64,000 nt of DNA from positions 99,351,744 to 99,415,743 of the forward strand of contig NC_068987.1 in assembly GCF_001194135.2 (NCBI RefSeq), read 5' to 3'. The notes under the pieces were generated by a model. That model was not told the origin of the DNA, made no database searches, and worked only from the letters and a program-made list of their open reading frames with translations. The position numbers and the translations under genes were made by a program. Source of the stretch: Octopus bimaculoides. Its lineage: Eukaryota. This document shows positions 1-13,810 of the stretch, piece after piece (the stretch's first letter is position 1; the number at the start of each line of letters is the position of its first letter).

Positions 1-1339
1 ATAGTCAGAAAGAGTATGACCATTTCTAAACAAGACTATTTATTTTCAGTTTGCTGTGTAGAATGTTCCAAGTATAGGAGATTTCAGTTCTAGTTTTGAA
101 AGTTGGGTCACTGATTTATGCAGAAGCTTCCACTCGGCCTTCAGAGGAATTTGTCATTTATCTGAACTAAGTACCAAGTATAAGGTATTGGTAACCGTGA
201 ATAATAAATGGAAAGCAACTCTTTCAATTATCATACAGTTGTTGCTAATCTAGACGGGCGTGGTGTGGAACCAAATGACTGAAATGCAGTCATCACCTCC
301 GCTCAGTAAAGATATATCGGCTGAAATGTTTGCTTAATCGTTTTACCTTTTGTACATCTATCTTGTATTTCTCTGTCAACTATGTCAACTCCAATGAGAA
401 ACAATGTGCTGGAAGCAGAAGACGTGAATGTCTTTGATCGACCCTGTCATTACCGTTCAAAGAATACCATAAGCAAAAAGAAGGTAATATGAACAACTAT
501 CTTATGGGCATTAAGGGTATTGAGATGGATAATATAGTTGATAAAGATATTATTTATCTGGTCTAAAGTTGTGCATGATGGTCGTTTCTTCACAAGTTAA
601 TTTTCCTGTTGTAACCGATCAGAGTTATTCAGTATAGGCTTTACTTTAATTTATTAAATTACACTGTTCATACTGCCTAAGGAACTGTCAAAATAACCAC
701 GACATATACCGAATTATATGAAATTCGTAAATATTCACTTTCTCAAAACTCCTCCTTGATTTGCTGATTTCTACAGTTATCATAAGTAAGGTATGTGGCC
801 ATATATTGTTTCTCTCTGACTCTATTTAAATCTGTTATGTATTTGCATCATTTTGCATATATTTCGTTCAATATAACTTTCAAACTGTATAAATAACTGT
901 TTTTGTTTTCTTTCATAGCGTTTATATAAAAATAAAAACCCTTCTGTTTCCATTTTTAATGTTGATGACTTGCTAGAACCTTATAGCGCTCTTCTTAAAA
1001 ACATAAATAGGATCGGGATGATAGCATTTTTGAAATAGTTTTATCAAAATATGTTTATTAAAATTAATTCTTTTAATTAATCATTTGCTCTAAGGATCAT
1101 TTTGGTGTCCTACATAGTACAATATCCTAATATTTTATTTGACTTTAGTCTCATTATTTGTCTGTAGATGAATTAGACGAAAACTTAATAATGATTTACT
1201 TCTTATTCATTCATTTGTGCTTAGACTTTATGCATTGACTTTAAATTCCAGCGAAAAGGTATGTAACTATGGCTGAGACGATATTTTATGGTTTACCTGT
1301 GATTTACTATTACATAGATTATAATTTACATAATACATC

Positions 1340-1990
1340 ACCCTCTTTAGTCAAAGCTATTTGATGTATGTTGGGCTTATATGTTTGATCAAGGATGCTG
1401 GGTTATCTATTTGACATAAACGTATTTGATAATTCCGAAAGCACGCCTTATTAGAGCGCCGTATTTGTTTTCAATTCCCATACTCTAGTTTATTTCTCAT
1501 TCGGTGTTTTAACATTCAATTGTTACACTATGTATTTAAGTGACGTATTATCTTCCAACGGAATTGATAAATCGGTTATGAGATATACAATTTCCTGGTT
1601 GTTTATGGCAATATCTGGTCGATTAACCTTAATCTCCGCGTCTGTGTGTATTGACATGTCCCACTGCATGATTACTGTTCCATTCTCTGCGATCTTTTTG
1701 GGGTAATTTTGTACAAGTTTCCACCGCTGTTTCATTTTATATATCATTGAAACCTGTCATTTAGATATAAACATTTCCTTTGTGATTAAAATTCCTCAGT
1801 TAATGTGATTGATTCCATCACCATATCTGTGTATTTGAATAGTCTGCATGTTACAAGTTTGGGTATATCTTTATTGTTTCTGTCGCTATTGATTACAATT
1901 TAGAATGTTTTAACTTATTGATTTGAATCTCGTGCATTTTCGGTCATTGCAGAGGTTATTATTTTCCACTTCCAGTATTCTTTTATTCAT
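1340..1990 (-). mobile_element. Decayed 3' fragment of REL-type non-LTR retrotransposon (R4/Dong-like): CCHC knuckle plus restriction-like endonuclease
   Basis: Minus-strand translation gives WDMSIHTDAEIKVNRPDIAIN...ITDLSIPLEDN, matching the WDxxIxTDxxIxxNRPDI..D..IP.D.N REL motif. A degenerate CxxC-like/HI segment lies upstream and a YGALI (~IGALG) segment downstream. Multiple stops and frameshifts. Confidence 0.85.
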
Positions 1991-2019
1991 TTACTTGAAG
2001 GATGTTAGCGGAAGAGATT

Positions 2020-2382
2020 GACCTCAGGACTTATTCTTTGTAAACCTAGTACTTATTCTATCGGTCTCTTTTGCCGAGCCACTAAGTTACGGGTATATAA
2101 ACACACTAGCATCGGTTGCCAATCGATGATGGGGAGGGGACAAACACATATATACATATATATACACACACAAATACATACAGACGCATAAACCACTTAT
2201 ATTACAGACTTCTTCCAGTTTCCGTCTGCGAAATCTACTCACAAGGCTTTGGTCGGCCCGAGGCTATAGTACTAGACGCTGTAGTAGTAGACACCTGTCC
2301 AAGATCCCATGCAGTTGGACTGAACCCGGGGCCATGTGCTTGGGAAGCAAGTTCCTTACCAAATAGCCACTCCTGCGCCTAC
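2020..2382 (-). mobile_element. tRNA-derived SINE (CORE-like family, same as 6941-7346)
   Basis: Reverse complement aligns by eye with 6941-7346: head ggcgcaggagtggct..ggtaaggaacttgcttccc, central microsatellite, and cttagtggctcggcaaaagagaccgatagaataagtactagg...aaagaataagtcctg. Confidence 0.85.
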
Positions 2383-2519
2383 ACAGTGTGTAGACTGTAG
2401 CTGGTTCTCTCAAATCGGTATGGAATTTATTCTCGAAAATAGGAGTCATATATCACTGAAATTAATTCAAATATGCACTCTCTATCTTCTCTCGTTTTTC
2501 TCTCTCTCTTCTTCCACCA

Positions 2520-2900
2520 GCCTCCGGGACAGCACTTTTCTGTGCTTTCCCGATTACTATAAGTTACCACCAGTATAAAAGTTGGGCTTTCTGCCGCATG
2601 GCAAAACATAGTGGCCATATTGTAGTACCGCTCATCAATATTTCTGTGGATATTAGGAGACAAAAGAATTTGTAATATCTTGATGATGCTTCCAGAACAT
2701 AAGACTGAACTCGAAATTTTCAGATAGTTCTTATTTAAGTGTTGTTACTTTTACTGCCACTTGTAGATTTCTTCTATTTTTCATGGAACTAGGATGGTGT
2801 CCACAACTGCTAGATACCTGTAAGATCTTTCTAAGGTATTGGAAACTATGGATCACATAACGGCGTGTTTGGTAGTTCACTTTGCGTGCAGAAGTGCTTG
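2520..2900 (-). mobile_element. Highly decayed non-LTR RT thumb-region fragment (probably REL-type)
   Basis: Minus-strand pieces HSFQYLRKIL (~xFxYLG) and PNIHRNIDERYY (~HxNSDxDRLY). Weak motif matches only. Confidence 0.4.
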
Positions 2901-3929
2901 TTTTTCATCAAAAGGCTTTTCAGTAAATAGACCTAAACATATGACCTTATATCTCTAAGTTTGACAATTGTCTTACATTCAGCTGAGTACTGTACTTCAC
3001 TGACACTTTTCAGGACACTGAAAACCCTCAAGGTTTAGAAAAGGAAAACAGAATAAAGGGTTAATGCATTAAGTCATCTTCCTGCCGCCAATAATTTTGT
3101 AAATATGACAGATCATTCTTGTAGTAAAGAGTTTCTAGAGAACTAAAATCACGGCCAAACTAGGCTCAAAACCAGATGTCCCATAGAAAACATTTACAAC
3201 AATGTAATTTCCAATTAGAAGTCTGGCTACATATCCATCAACATGCTGGGATCAATACAAGCACCTGTTTCCGCTAAGCATTTTTTTAGTCTGCCTTCCC
3301 AAGAAAGCTATTTCTAAGATCCCAGAGCGTATAACAGTAACATTGTACTTACATACGAGTATGACACATTTTAGTTCAATCCCACAATGTCCTTCAACAC
3401 ATCGTCTAAAAGTTGGATGATTTAAATCTTGGACAATACTTTCTGACGTACGCTTTACAGGCCAGTTTCAAACATCAAGAGAAATTATTACTGTTTATTT
3501 GAGTTAATTTTACTGATAAATGGCTCCTATTTCCGAGAATAATTTGATGCCGATTTCAAGAAACCAACAAAATTCTACATGCTGGAAGAAAGCAAATTAA
3601 TAGAAGCCAACAAATGAATAGCAAACGGGGACAGAGACGTAAAGGCGGAAAAGTTCGAAAGATATAGTTCTCTCTGAAGTCTTCCATATTGTATGTGGAA
3701 TTCTAACGCAAGAAACGTAGCTCCTGTGCATTTGTACCAGGGTGGGCTAAAAAGAACATAGGCAGATTATGACGGAGTGATACTAAAGCTGTAATATCGG
3801 GTATGCATTCATTTAAACACTTTTTTTTATTAATAACTGCATTATCTCTTTCCAGTTAAATTCTTTCCACGAAAAGTGACAGGTGATTGTAGAAATATGT
3901 CTTTAAAAGTAAGTAGTAGCGACTTCTCT

Positions 3930-4982
3930 TGGAAATAGACAAAATTTAGTGTCGTTATGTTAGCAAGTACCTGTAGAAAAAGGATTTAGCCACCAGACCC
4001 TATCATGCTGACATTATTGCAAAATTAGACGATCGAACTCCAGCTTTATCAACAGCGAAATACTGGACATCTGAATTTAGAAGCGAGAATCTTGAAGATG
4101 ACCTAAGGTTTGGACATCCTGTAGCTGCTACGATCGAGAAAAACATCGATCGTGTTCTACACATGCTGGATGAGAGGCAATTAACTATAAATCTAATAGC
4201 CAATGGTATAATCGTATCCCTTCAAACAGCTGAGAATATTCTGCACAAAAATCTTCGCATGATGATAGCATCTGCTCAGTGGGTGACACGTCTTCTGGGA
4301 CCTGCTCAAACATGCACCAGTCTGAACATAAAACAGGAAAATCTGACATAGTTTCTGGCAGATGCTGCTGGTTTCATTAAACGTTACCCAACCTAGGACA
4401 CATGTTGCCTTCATCACTTTGATCAGGAGAAAATATGACAATCCATGTAAACAGCCTTCCTCACTAGCTCCAAGAAAGGCCAATTTCGTTTCATCTGTCG
4501 GGAAGTTGATGACCTTTGGGATGCAAGAGGCATTATGTTTATAGAGGAGCCACATTATCAATGGAAAGTGTTATGCCAAATTGCTGAGGCACATTCGAAA
4601 CTTTATGAAAGCTAAACACACAGGAAAACTGATGGAAAGGTCCTGTTTGTTCAAGACAATGCCATAACGTCCACGTCCCTCGTTTCAATGATCCCTGTCC
4701 GTGCCTGTGTCTATGAATTGTTGATTGCCTTTCCATCTGTTCTTCAACATGAAAAAACACACCTGGCTGGGAAGCTGATGCTGTGGTCATAAGTGTTCTT
4801 GATTTTTTTATGTCTAACAAGACAAAAGCTTCTTCACCAATAGGATGGATCCATTTACTGAAACACCGATGTAAGAAGTTTACAGACCGCACATGGGGAC
4901 TATGTTAAAAACTTAACCGTACTTGGTCACATTCCATGAGTGTATCTTGGAAAACTTCTGAATGTTTCAGCCAACTCTCGTA
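3930..4982 (+). mobile_element. mariner (Tc1/mariner superfamily) transposase relic with right TIR
   Basis: Frameshifted translation includes EDDLRFGHP, SAQWVTRLL (~WVPRLL), SVGKLM (~SAGKVM), FVQDNA and TWGLC*K (~GDYVEK). The right end ctgaatgtttcagccaactctcg+TA at 4958-4982 is TIR-like. No left TIR recognised. Confidence 0.88.
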
Positions 4983-5613
4983 TGCTTTGTATAAATTAAT
5001 ATAACGTTAAGCCGAGATATGCAGAGAGGAAAAGAAGAAAGAATAGTGTTAAAAAAAAGTGAGCTTCGGAGTCATGTTCCCACACGAACCCACCTAAGCA
5101 ATGCCGGTGTGTAAGTTTACAAGGTAATTGAAAAGAATATGACAGATAGTGTTTGGACACGTGTTAATGCGGTGTTTAATATGTTAGTGTGTACCAGGAC
5201 TTTCAATTTGTACGCCATGCTGTGCTTTATATAATTTAATATATATTTTCTCCTTTTATTACATTTTTATTGAAGTCGGTTACTTGACTGAGATATTCTA
5301 GCATATGTCGAGTGTTGTTCTTGTGAGGCTGCGAAGGCTGTGTTGAAATTCCTATTAACTGAGATAGCGTGTTGCATATGAAGCTGGATTATGTTGCTCG
5401 TATCAAGCTCACCAATTATTATCTATAAGAATTCAACATACATAATCTGTATTACCAGGGAAGAACATATATTGTACAGACTGGATCAATATGAATATCA
5501 TCGGGAATTATCAGCTTATAATTCATTATACAACCCGCATATGATGTTTGATTATATGTATTTATTTTCCCTTTCGCTGTGTAAGTACATAAATATTGCT
5601 GAATAACGAATTC

Positions 5614-5845
5614 TTATTTCTTTATTGTCCACAAGGGGCTAAACATAGAGGGGACAAACAAGGACAGACAAAAGGTTTAAGTTGATTACATCGACTCCAG
5701 TGCCTCACTGGTACTTATATAATCAATCCCGAAAGGATAAAAAGCTAAGTCGACCGCGGTGGAATTTGAACTCTGAGCGTAAAGACAGATGAGATACTAC
5801 TAATCATTTCGCCCGGCGTGCTAACGTTTCTGCCAGCTCGTCGCG
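5614..5845 (-). mobile_element. tRNA-derived SINE (family with gagctggcagaaacgttagcacgccgggcgaaatg head) with target-site duplication
   Basis: The head is shared with 17494, 40680, 49200 and 50430. A-rich/aag tail. Flanked by the direct repeat ttgctgaataacg(a/t)attc at 5596-5613 and 5846-5863. Confidence 0.9.
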
Positions 5846-6734
5846 TTGCTGAATAACGTATTCTGATGACCTAATGCTGGGTGTGATTGTATTTGCTGTC
5901 TGCATTTCGAACGACCGAAAAAAAAAAAAAACCATGTCCGATTGTATTTTTTTCTTGATTGCATATTTTCAGGTGTTGTCTTGCGCCCGGCTTCGCCATT
6001 TATTTAAGGTAGCTGTTTGAGAAAAGCATTGATCATGTGAAACCAAAATCAAACATTTTCTCTCAGCTATTTGTATTTCTTTTGGCTAAACACCCACTGT
6101 TTTATTTACCTATTTCTTTTTAGTTGTTTTTCTTTTAGATTCCGAATCTAGAGACAGCCTACACTTCCTACATATTGCATTTCCGACGTATGTGTTGCTT
6201 TAAACTTTATACTAATACAAGCATTTTTCTTTAACGTACTTAACGTTTATTTTCAAAGAAGTTTACCTAGACTAAAAACATAATTGCAACATATATGGTA
6301 AACTTTTTTCTATATATGACAATCAGTTTAATTTTGCAAACCTATAAATACATTTATCCATTGAAATTGTTTGTTGTGTACACTTTAATTATAATAATCC
6401 ACACGTTACAATTTCTGTTTTTTTTTTTTAATTTACATTTTCGCGTATATCCATATTAATTTGTTATTTCTATCGGACTTCTGTTTTTCAACTAGACATA
6501 GGTTTTTACATGCGTGTAGATATATTTGGCGATGTTGGAAGCACAAAGAAGATTGAATTTTGTTGATGCCATTTTAAAACTTTCTGAGTTGTATCCGTCT
6601 CTACAAAAAGTCAATTTATTATTCCTTCTCTGCACACTCAATCCCTTGCCGACTGAGATTCATTTTGTCTTATACACGGACATGCCCACATGTATACACA
6701 CGCACGCACACGAACACGCATGCACACACACACG

Positions 6735-6791
<57 letters not shown>

Positions 6792-6818
6792 ATATATATA
6801 TGTGCATACATATGTATA

Positions 6819-6928
6819 TACGAACATATCACGTTCAATGGAGTGGTTCTCGTCCGATCGCCGAAGTTAAGCAACGTGTAGCCTAGTGTGATGGGAGACC
6901 GCTTCAGAAAAATGTGTGCTGTAAGCAT
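6819..6928 (+). pseudogene. 5S rRNA pseudogene
   Basis: catatcacgtt...ggttctcgtccgatcgccgaagttaagcaacgt...gatgggagaccgctt...gtgctgtaagcat is colinear with metazoan 5S rRNA. It has substitutions, a degraded 5' end and an internal deletion of about 7-9 nt before box C. Confidence 0.9.
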
Positions 6929-6940
6929 CTCGCACATTTT

Positions 6941-7346
6941 AGGAGCAAGCGTGGCTGTGTTATAAGAAGTTTACTTCCCAACCATATGGTTCCGGGTTCA
7001 GTTTCACTGCGTGTCACCTTGAAGAAGTGTCTTCTATTATATCCTCAGATCAAAGCTTTATGAGTGGATATGGTAGAAAGAAATTGAAGCAAGCCCGCTC
7101 TCTATATATGTAAATATATATTTATGTGTGTGTCTTTTGTGTCTGCGCTTGTCCGCCCACCACCGTCGCTTGACAACACATGTTGGTGTGCTTACGTCCA
7201 CGTAACTGAGCGGTTCGGCAAAAGGGAAATATTTAAAATAATTACCACGCTTACAAAGAATAAGTCCTGGTGTCGATTTCTTCGAATAAAAAGGCGGTGC
7301 TCCGGCATAGCTGCACTCAAATGACTGCAAAATAAAAGAATAAAAG
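6941..7346 (+). mobile_element. tRNA-derived SINE (CORE-like), near full length
   Basis: A-box-like gtggctgtgttataag and B-box-like ggttcag. CORE-like caccttgaagaagtgtctt, an internal (GT)/(AT) tract and a 3' tail aaataaaagaataaaag. Other copies lie at 2020-2382 and 50890-51280. Confidence 0.9.
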
Positions 7347-7373
7347 TATGTATATATTATATATTATATATTG

Positions 7374-7407
<34 letters not shown>

Positions 7408-7643
7408 NNNNNNNNNNNNNNNNNNNNNNNNNNNNNNNNNNNNNNNNNNNNNNNNNNNNNNNNNNNNNNNNNNNNNNNNNNNNNNNNNNNNNNNNNNNNN
7501 NNNNNNNNNNNNNNNNNNNNNNNNNNNNNNNNNNNNNNNNNNNNNNNNNNNNNNNNNNNNNNNNNNNNNNNNNNNNNNNNNNNNNNNNNNTACACACACA
7601 CACACACACGCACACACGCACACACACACACACACACGCACAC

Positions 7644-7695
<52 letters not shown>

Positions 7696-7704
7696 TTATA
7701 TATA

Positions 7705-7738
<34 letters not shown>

Positions 7739-10016
7739 CATATATAATATGCACATTCATACATGCTTACACACACAGAGGTATGTTTGGTTTTGAGTTG
7801 ACTGCTTTAGCATCTTTTAGGTTGCTTTAAGCATTATTGAACAACTTTTATGGCTTCTCAATAAGCGTACGTCTTTATCGCATTGATTCACCACTCTACT
7901 ATATCCAGTTTACTACGCTGAAATAGAAATCAAATGTGTTATCTTCAACTGTATTCTTTTACGATGCAATCGCATTCACTTAATTTACATTTTATTGTAT
8001 TATAACACTATATTAAGACTTATATTTATTCTGCTATATAAATTTATAAGCATCCAATGTCATTTCATTTTGTTTCATATTTTGATAATAATTCAGATAC
8101 TGATCCGTACAGAACACGATGAAAGCGTTAACACTCGACTGGAATTGTTTTGCTTTGTAAAATATCTCGATGAAATCTTATATCTCGTTCTCTGGCTGGG
8201 CATAAATTTCAAACACATGATGTAGCAAGTTGATTACTGTTATAAATTTAGCTCTGGTATGGAGATAACTTTAAATATTAGCCACTCTCAATATAGCAGT
8301 TGGCAAAGGCATTGGTGACTTGATGGGGTAGATTTCAGCTTTAAGCCGGAGAGATGTTCTGATTTTCGAAACAGTCAAAATCAATTTTGCTTTGCCTCGT
8401 TATGTTATCAACTAGATTATTAAAAATGAAGGCATACTGTTCTGTGTAACACAGTAGTCTGTCCCGGCCTGTTGTGTTTTCTGGTTTAATGAGAAGATTT
8501 CGTACAATATAACTCAAGATGTTGCTTGCACTTAGTCAATCAGCTTTTGTATTTGAAGCTAGCAATGCAAATTATAACTCTCTCTCTCGGTGAGGGTGAT
8601 AGGACGAGAGAAGAAGGGAGAGAATGTATAAAGGTCTAAAGTAAATGAATGCTACTTTATATACCGACTCTGAATGGATGAAATGCAAAATGGATTTTGG
8701 AAAGCGTGGGCAAAAAAAAAACCAAAACCTTTGATAGAAACTCTCAAGATTTCTCCAGATTACACTATTTTTTCACAAGGATTGGTGTTCTGTATAATTC
8801 ATTTTAGCATATTCTTCCTTCTCTTATATCGTATAACGTATCTGTGACCAAAATAAATGTCAGCACGCTTTTCCTTGTATTGCAATTTATGACTTTCTTC
8901 TAAGTCGTCTATGGTGCTTCTCTGTCTATCTCCTTGTTCGAATTGAGGAATATATATATATATACANNNNNNNNNNNNNNNNNNNNNNNNNNNNNNNNNN
9001 NNNNNNNNNNNNNNNNNNNNNNNNNNNNNNNNNNNNNNNNNNNNNNNNNNNNNNNNNNNNNNNNNNNNNNNNNNNNNNNNNNNNNNNNNNNNNNNNNNNN
9101 NNNNNNNNNNNNNNNNNNNNNNNNNNNNNNNNNNNNNNNNNNNNNNNNNNNNNNNNNNNNNNNNNNNNNNNNNNNNNNNNNNNNNNNNNNNNNNNNNNNN
9201 NNNNNNNNNNNNNNNNNNNNNNNNNNNNNNNNNNNNNNNNNNNNNNNNNNNNNNNNNNNNNNNNNNNNNNNNNNNNNNNNNNNNNNNNNNNNNNNNNNNN
9301 NNNNNNNNNNNNNNNNNNNNNNNNNNNNNNNNNNNNNNNNTATATATATATATATATATATATATATTTCTCAATTCGAATAAATAATTTTTAACTGTAT
9401 TAATGTATCCATTGAAAGAGTAATTTTCTTGCATTTTACTTCTTACATATGTAATAAGTATTTTATTATATTATTGCTTCTTGTAATTAGCTTCAGTCTT
9501 TTCTTTCCTACTTTCTTTCATACTTGAACTACCAGCCAATTTAAACCTGATCAGATACTTAAAACTTTGCCTGTTTTAACACAACCCCCAAGTTAGAGAG
9601 CCTTTTTTTTTAAAACCACGTTCTTGCAGGCATTTGGATTACGTTTGGAATTTGAAACAGGTTATTTCAAATCCACCCTCTTGTTTTCTGATGAAAATAT
9701 ACCAAAAAATAACTATAAATTTCAAAATATTTCATAGAACCGAAACGCTTTAATCATTATAAGTTTGAATCATTTAACGACATTTACATATGGTTCAGTG
9801 ATGCATGTCAACATAGGTCGTCACTTAACTCTAATCCTAATTCACACACTAATCCGTTCACCACAACATCACCATCGTCGCGTCAAATTTCTGGTCGTCG
9901 TAAACAAGATCATCGTCGGGAATTAATTATCACGTGAAAGTCTATTCATGTAAATATTTATGTTAGGAAATTTAGAAGAAAACCAGATATGATAATTCAT
10001 ATTTTAATGAGTTCAG

Positions 10017-10070
10017 CTGTTATGAGTTTGGGATGAACATCCCTTTTGCCGAGGAAGGAGCACTAAAGAC
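10017..10070 (+). CDS. Candidate internal exon of an unidentified host gene (CYEFGMNIPFAEEGALK), phase 2-2
   Basis: ttcag acceptor, gtaagt donor, 54 nt, open in one frame only. Confidence 0.3.
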
Positions 10071-11881
10071 GTAAGTGCTGTATGATTTAACCTCAGGGTC
10101 GCAAAGACAAATTGCTTTTGCTATCAGGTTGTAACATCAATATTTATCAACATCAGCAACTACGAGAATAAACACAACAAAAGTTGAACGCGGGAGATCA
10201 TTAATACTCCAACAGCAGTAATACGTAGAACAATAAAATAATCAACAGAGATGGAAAAAAAGTAAATTGGAATACCATGAACTTCAGCTGTAACTAACAG
10301 CAACGACTGTAATAACAATAAGAATCACTGGTTCGTATTTTCTATCTAAACTTTGGGAACAGGCATGAGAAATATATTATTATCCTTGCTGTGGTAGGTT
10401 GAAGTGATCGCTAATAACTCTATTCAATCTAAAATCATCGCAGCAACGTTCACATTATCGTGATGTCCTTGATCAGCTAAAATGCGTTCCATTTATGTTT
10501 CTTTCTCTTATGTTGATCAACTCCAGAACCGCCTCATATCACTGACTCATCTGGCGTTGTTATAGCAACAATCACTACATCCGCTATTTGTATCTTCATT
10601 CTCTCCCAGCTGAAAGCCTAGATAGTTGAATACGCCTTTCCACTTAACAAGAGAAAAATCTGTGATTTCATTTATTTAATGTTTTTGTTTTTTTTAATAA
10701 ATGGAGCCTTTCATCAGTAGAACTACTTGATTCTTTTCTTTTTTTTTATCTCTTTTGCTCTTCCCTTTTCGCACCTAATATACCCAGCAGAAAATTATCG
10801 TTGTTTCACATCAATTGCTACATAAAAGCTTGAAATATAAAACAACAGCACATCGCTATCTCCCTTCAGTTTTAAACATTCAAACATATGCAAATTTTAT
10901 CGATTGCGTCGCTTTTTGCGATGCATTCTCATACAGAGGAACGAGAAAAGATTCGGATGTAAAGCACTGCATGTGATGCTATTTAATGAAATATTTCGAT
11001 ACTTAAATTTCAGGAAAAAAAAAACCGAGAAACCAGGTTTCTTGAAATCAACAGATGTTTTGGTTATGCAGCACGATTTAGTTTCCATATGCCAGTCATG
11101 TAATTGTTTCTAGAACCTCGTATGGCATTAGTAGACTAATTGATCACATCATGTTTACAGTAGACGTAATATGCCCATAGACGCTTACATTTGTGTGTGT
11201 GTGTGCGTGTGTGCATTTACATATATATGACACATATAGTTTCACATGCGCGCGCACGCATATTAATATATAAGTATACATGATATATATTGATATGCAA
11301 TCATACTTCTCTATAACTCTCCGTGTATCTAAATCTCTCCAGCTGTAATTATGTATATGTATGTGTGCCTGATGTATATATTCGTACATTAATGTAGGGC
11401 TGGTGATTGTTTGTACTCGTAAATATGACATATCCAAACGATTGTATACGTTGCTCCATCACACACCCACCTCTATCGTAAAATCCACAATAGATTTATT
11501 TGAACATAACAGGACATAGAGCAATCATAAATATTATTGTTTTCTTCCTATACTGTAGGCGATGATTCGTAAGGTAGTGTTTGTTTGTATTGCACAATCT
11601 ATGTGTAAATGCCAAAAATATATTCCTATAGAGAAAACTTAGTTGGAGACAAATAAAATCTGATTGGATGTGTTCCTAACAACGTTACCTACTTTATGTA
11701 TAATATATCGCAAGCGTCATTCATCTTATTCAGGAAAAAAGAAAAACAAATAAGAGCAAAAGACAACGACAATATTCCAAAGAATTCCAGCCACAATATT
11801 CCATCAATGAAGTAGGAAGGAAAATATGATTGACTGGAATCTATATAATTCTTACGTTCTTAATTACTTTGCCTACATAAG

Positions 11882-11962
11882 GGAAATGATCCCCTGCACT
11901 AGTGGACGCAGAATATTATTACTTATTCGATATATATCTGATACAACAATGATTACTCACAG
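11882..11962 (+). CDS. Candidate internal exon (EMIPCTSGRRILLLIRYISDTTMITH), phase 2-2
   Basis: tactttgcctacataag acceptor, CAG|gtaagc donor, 81 nt, open in one frame only. Confidence 0.27.
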
Positions 11963-13215
11963 GTAAGCACAATACGTTTCCGAATAGCATTTGTGTAATC
12001 CATTAAATTTCTGTATTCTTGAGTAATTTCTTAAATGGTCTGACAGATTTGAACTGAAAAGCACAAAAATTTAAAATCTGGTGTTATCCTGTTTATTACA
12101 TGAGCCATGGTTTCAAGTGTAGAGAACATATATTGATTAGCAACACAGTATTTTTCAGCAGCACGTTGGGTAAAATAGATCAGTTTGAATTGTTAATCTA
12201 CTTATTATCAGTCGGGGTGGAAATTGAAATCCACACAATACAACCAAATTAAGAACGTCATCAGGATTAGCAAGTAATATTCTATCATAGAATAGTAAAT
12301 TTTCATCTGATATAAAAATATAATGGGTAATGCCATTAAAAATAAACAATAGATTTAACGTCTCACACGAAGCTAAAGAAGAAAAATTTATATCAAATAT
12401 CAAATTTACCTTCATATATAAACATATTTCCAGAAAAATACGCACGCGTATATATCTGTATTTCTATATACACGTGCATATATATTATGATTTTGGAGAA
12501 TTGATTCTCGATGTGAAAATAAGATTATAATAACTTTATATATACATCGAGGAGTAATTCTAAGCAAAAATTATTTTACATTCTCTCGAAAGTTTATAAA
12601 TTGAGATAGCGTCCAAATTACATACGTAGTTTCTCTACAATATATATNNNNNNNNNNNNNNNNNNNNNNNNNNNNNNNNNNNNNNNNNNNNNNNNNNNNN
12701 NNNNNNNNNNNNNNNNNNNNNNNNNNNNNNNNNNNNNNNNNNNNNNNNNNNNNNNNNNNNNNNNNNNNNNNNNNNNNNNNNNNNNNNNNNNNNNNNNNNN
12801 NNNNNNNNNNNNNNNNNNNNNNNNNNNNNNNNNNNNNNNNNNNNNNNNNNNNNNNNNNNNNNNNNNNNNNNNNNNNNNNNNNNNNNNNNNNNNNNNNNNN
12901 NNNNNNNNNNNNNNNNNNNNNNNNNNNNNNNNNNNNNNNNNNNNNNNNNNNNNNNNNNNNNNNNNNNNNNNNNNNNNNNNNNNNNNNNNNNNNNNNNNNN
13001 NNNNNNNNNNNNNNNNNNNNNNNNNNNNNNNNNNNNNNNNNNNNNNNNNNNNNNNNNNNNNNNNNNNNNNNNNNNNNNNNNNNNNNNNNNNNNNNNNNNN
13101 NNNNNNNNNNNNNNNNNNNNNNNNNNNNNNNNNNNNNNNNNNNNNNNNNNNNNNNNNNNNNNNNNNNNNNNNNNNNNNNNNNNNNNNNNNNNNNNNNNNN
13201 NNNNNNNNNNNNNNN

Positions 13216-13251
<36 letters not shown>

Positions 13252-13767
13252 TCGAGAATTTTGTGTTATTTTTGCAGCAGATAAAAAATAAGCTAGTTGT
13301 TAATATTACAACAGAAATACAGAATATTTCTTTTCTCCAGAAGTGCCAATAAACGTATTAAAATAGTTTTTTTTAAAAATCCGTATCCAAATTTATATAT
13401 TTAAAACACACAAAGGAACTTAGTTCCATCGGTTGATTTATGAAATTGGAAAAGCGATTAAAGGAGGAAACAGGTACAATCATATACTTAAATGAACACA
13501 AATAGATATACACATGTACATTTATATATGTATGTGTGTGTGTGTACATTCAAGTACGTATATTTGTACATATATGTCGAAATTAAAAGAAGGCAGATCG
13601 CGCACAAAATATTCATTCATGCATCCACAATGCAGATCAATAGATAATTTCTCAAGAACTGTTTAATGTCAGGAAAATTTCGCTCAGACAATTATATTAA
13701 TTCTTTATCAGATATTGTATACCAATAGTAGGGATGTATATGCCCGAGTGTGCCCGTGCGTGTGCCG

Positions 13768-13810
<43 letters not shown>

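Noticed and set aside
3353-3380. tacgagtatgacac.. as the left mariner TIR
   Set aside because: The match to the right TIR extends only a few bases, and it lies about 570 bp from the ORF start.
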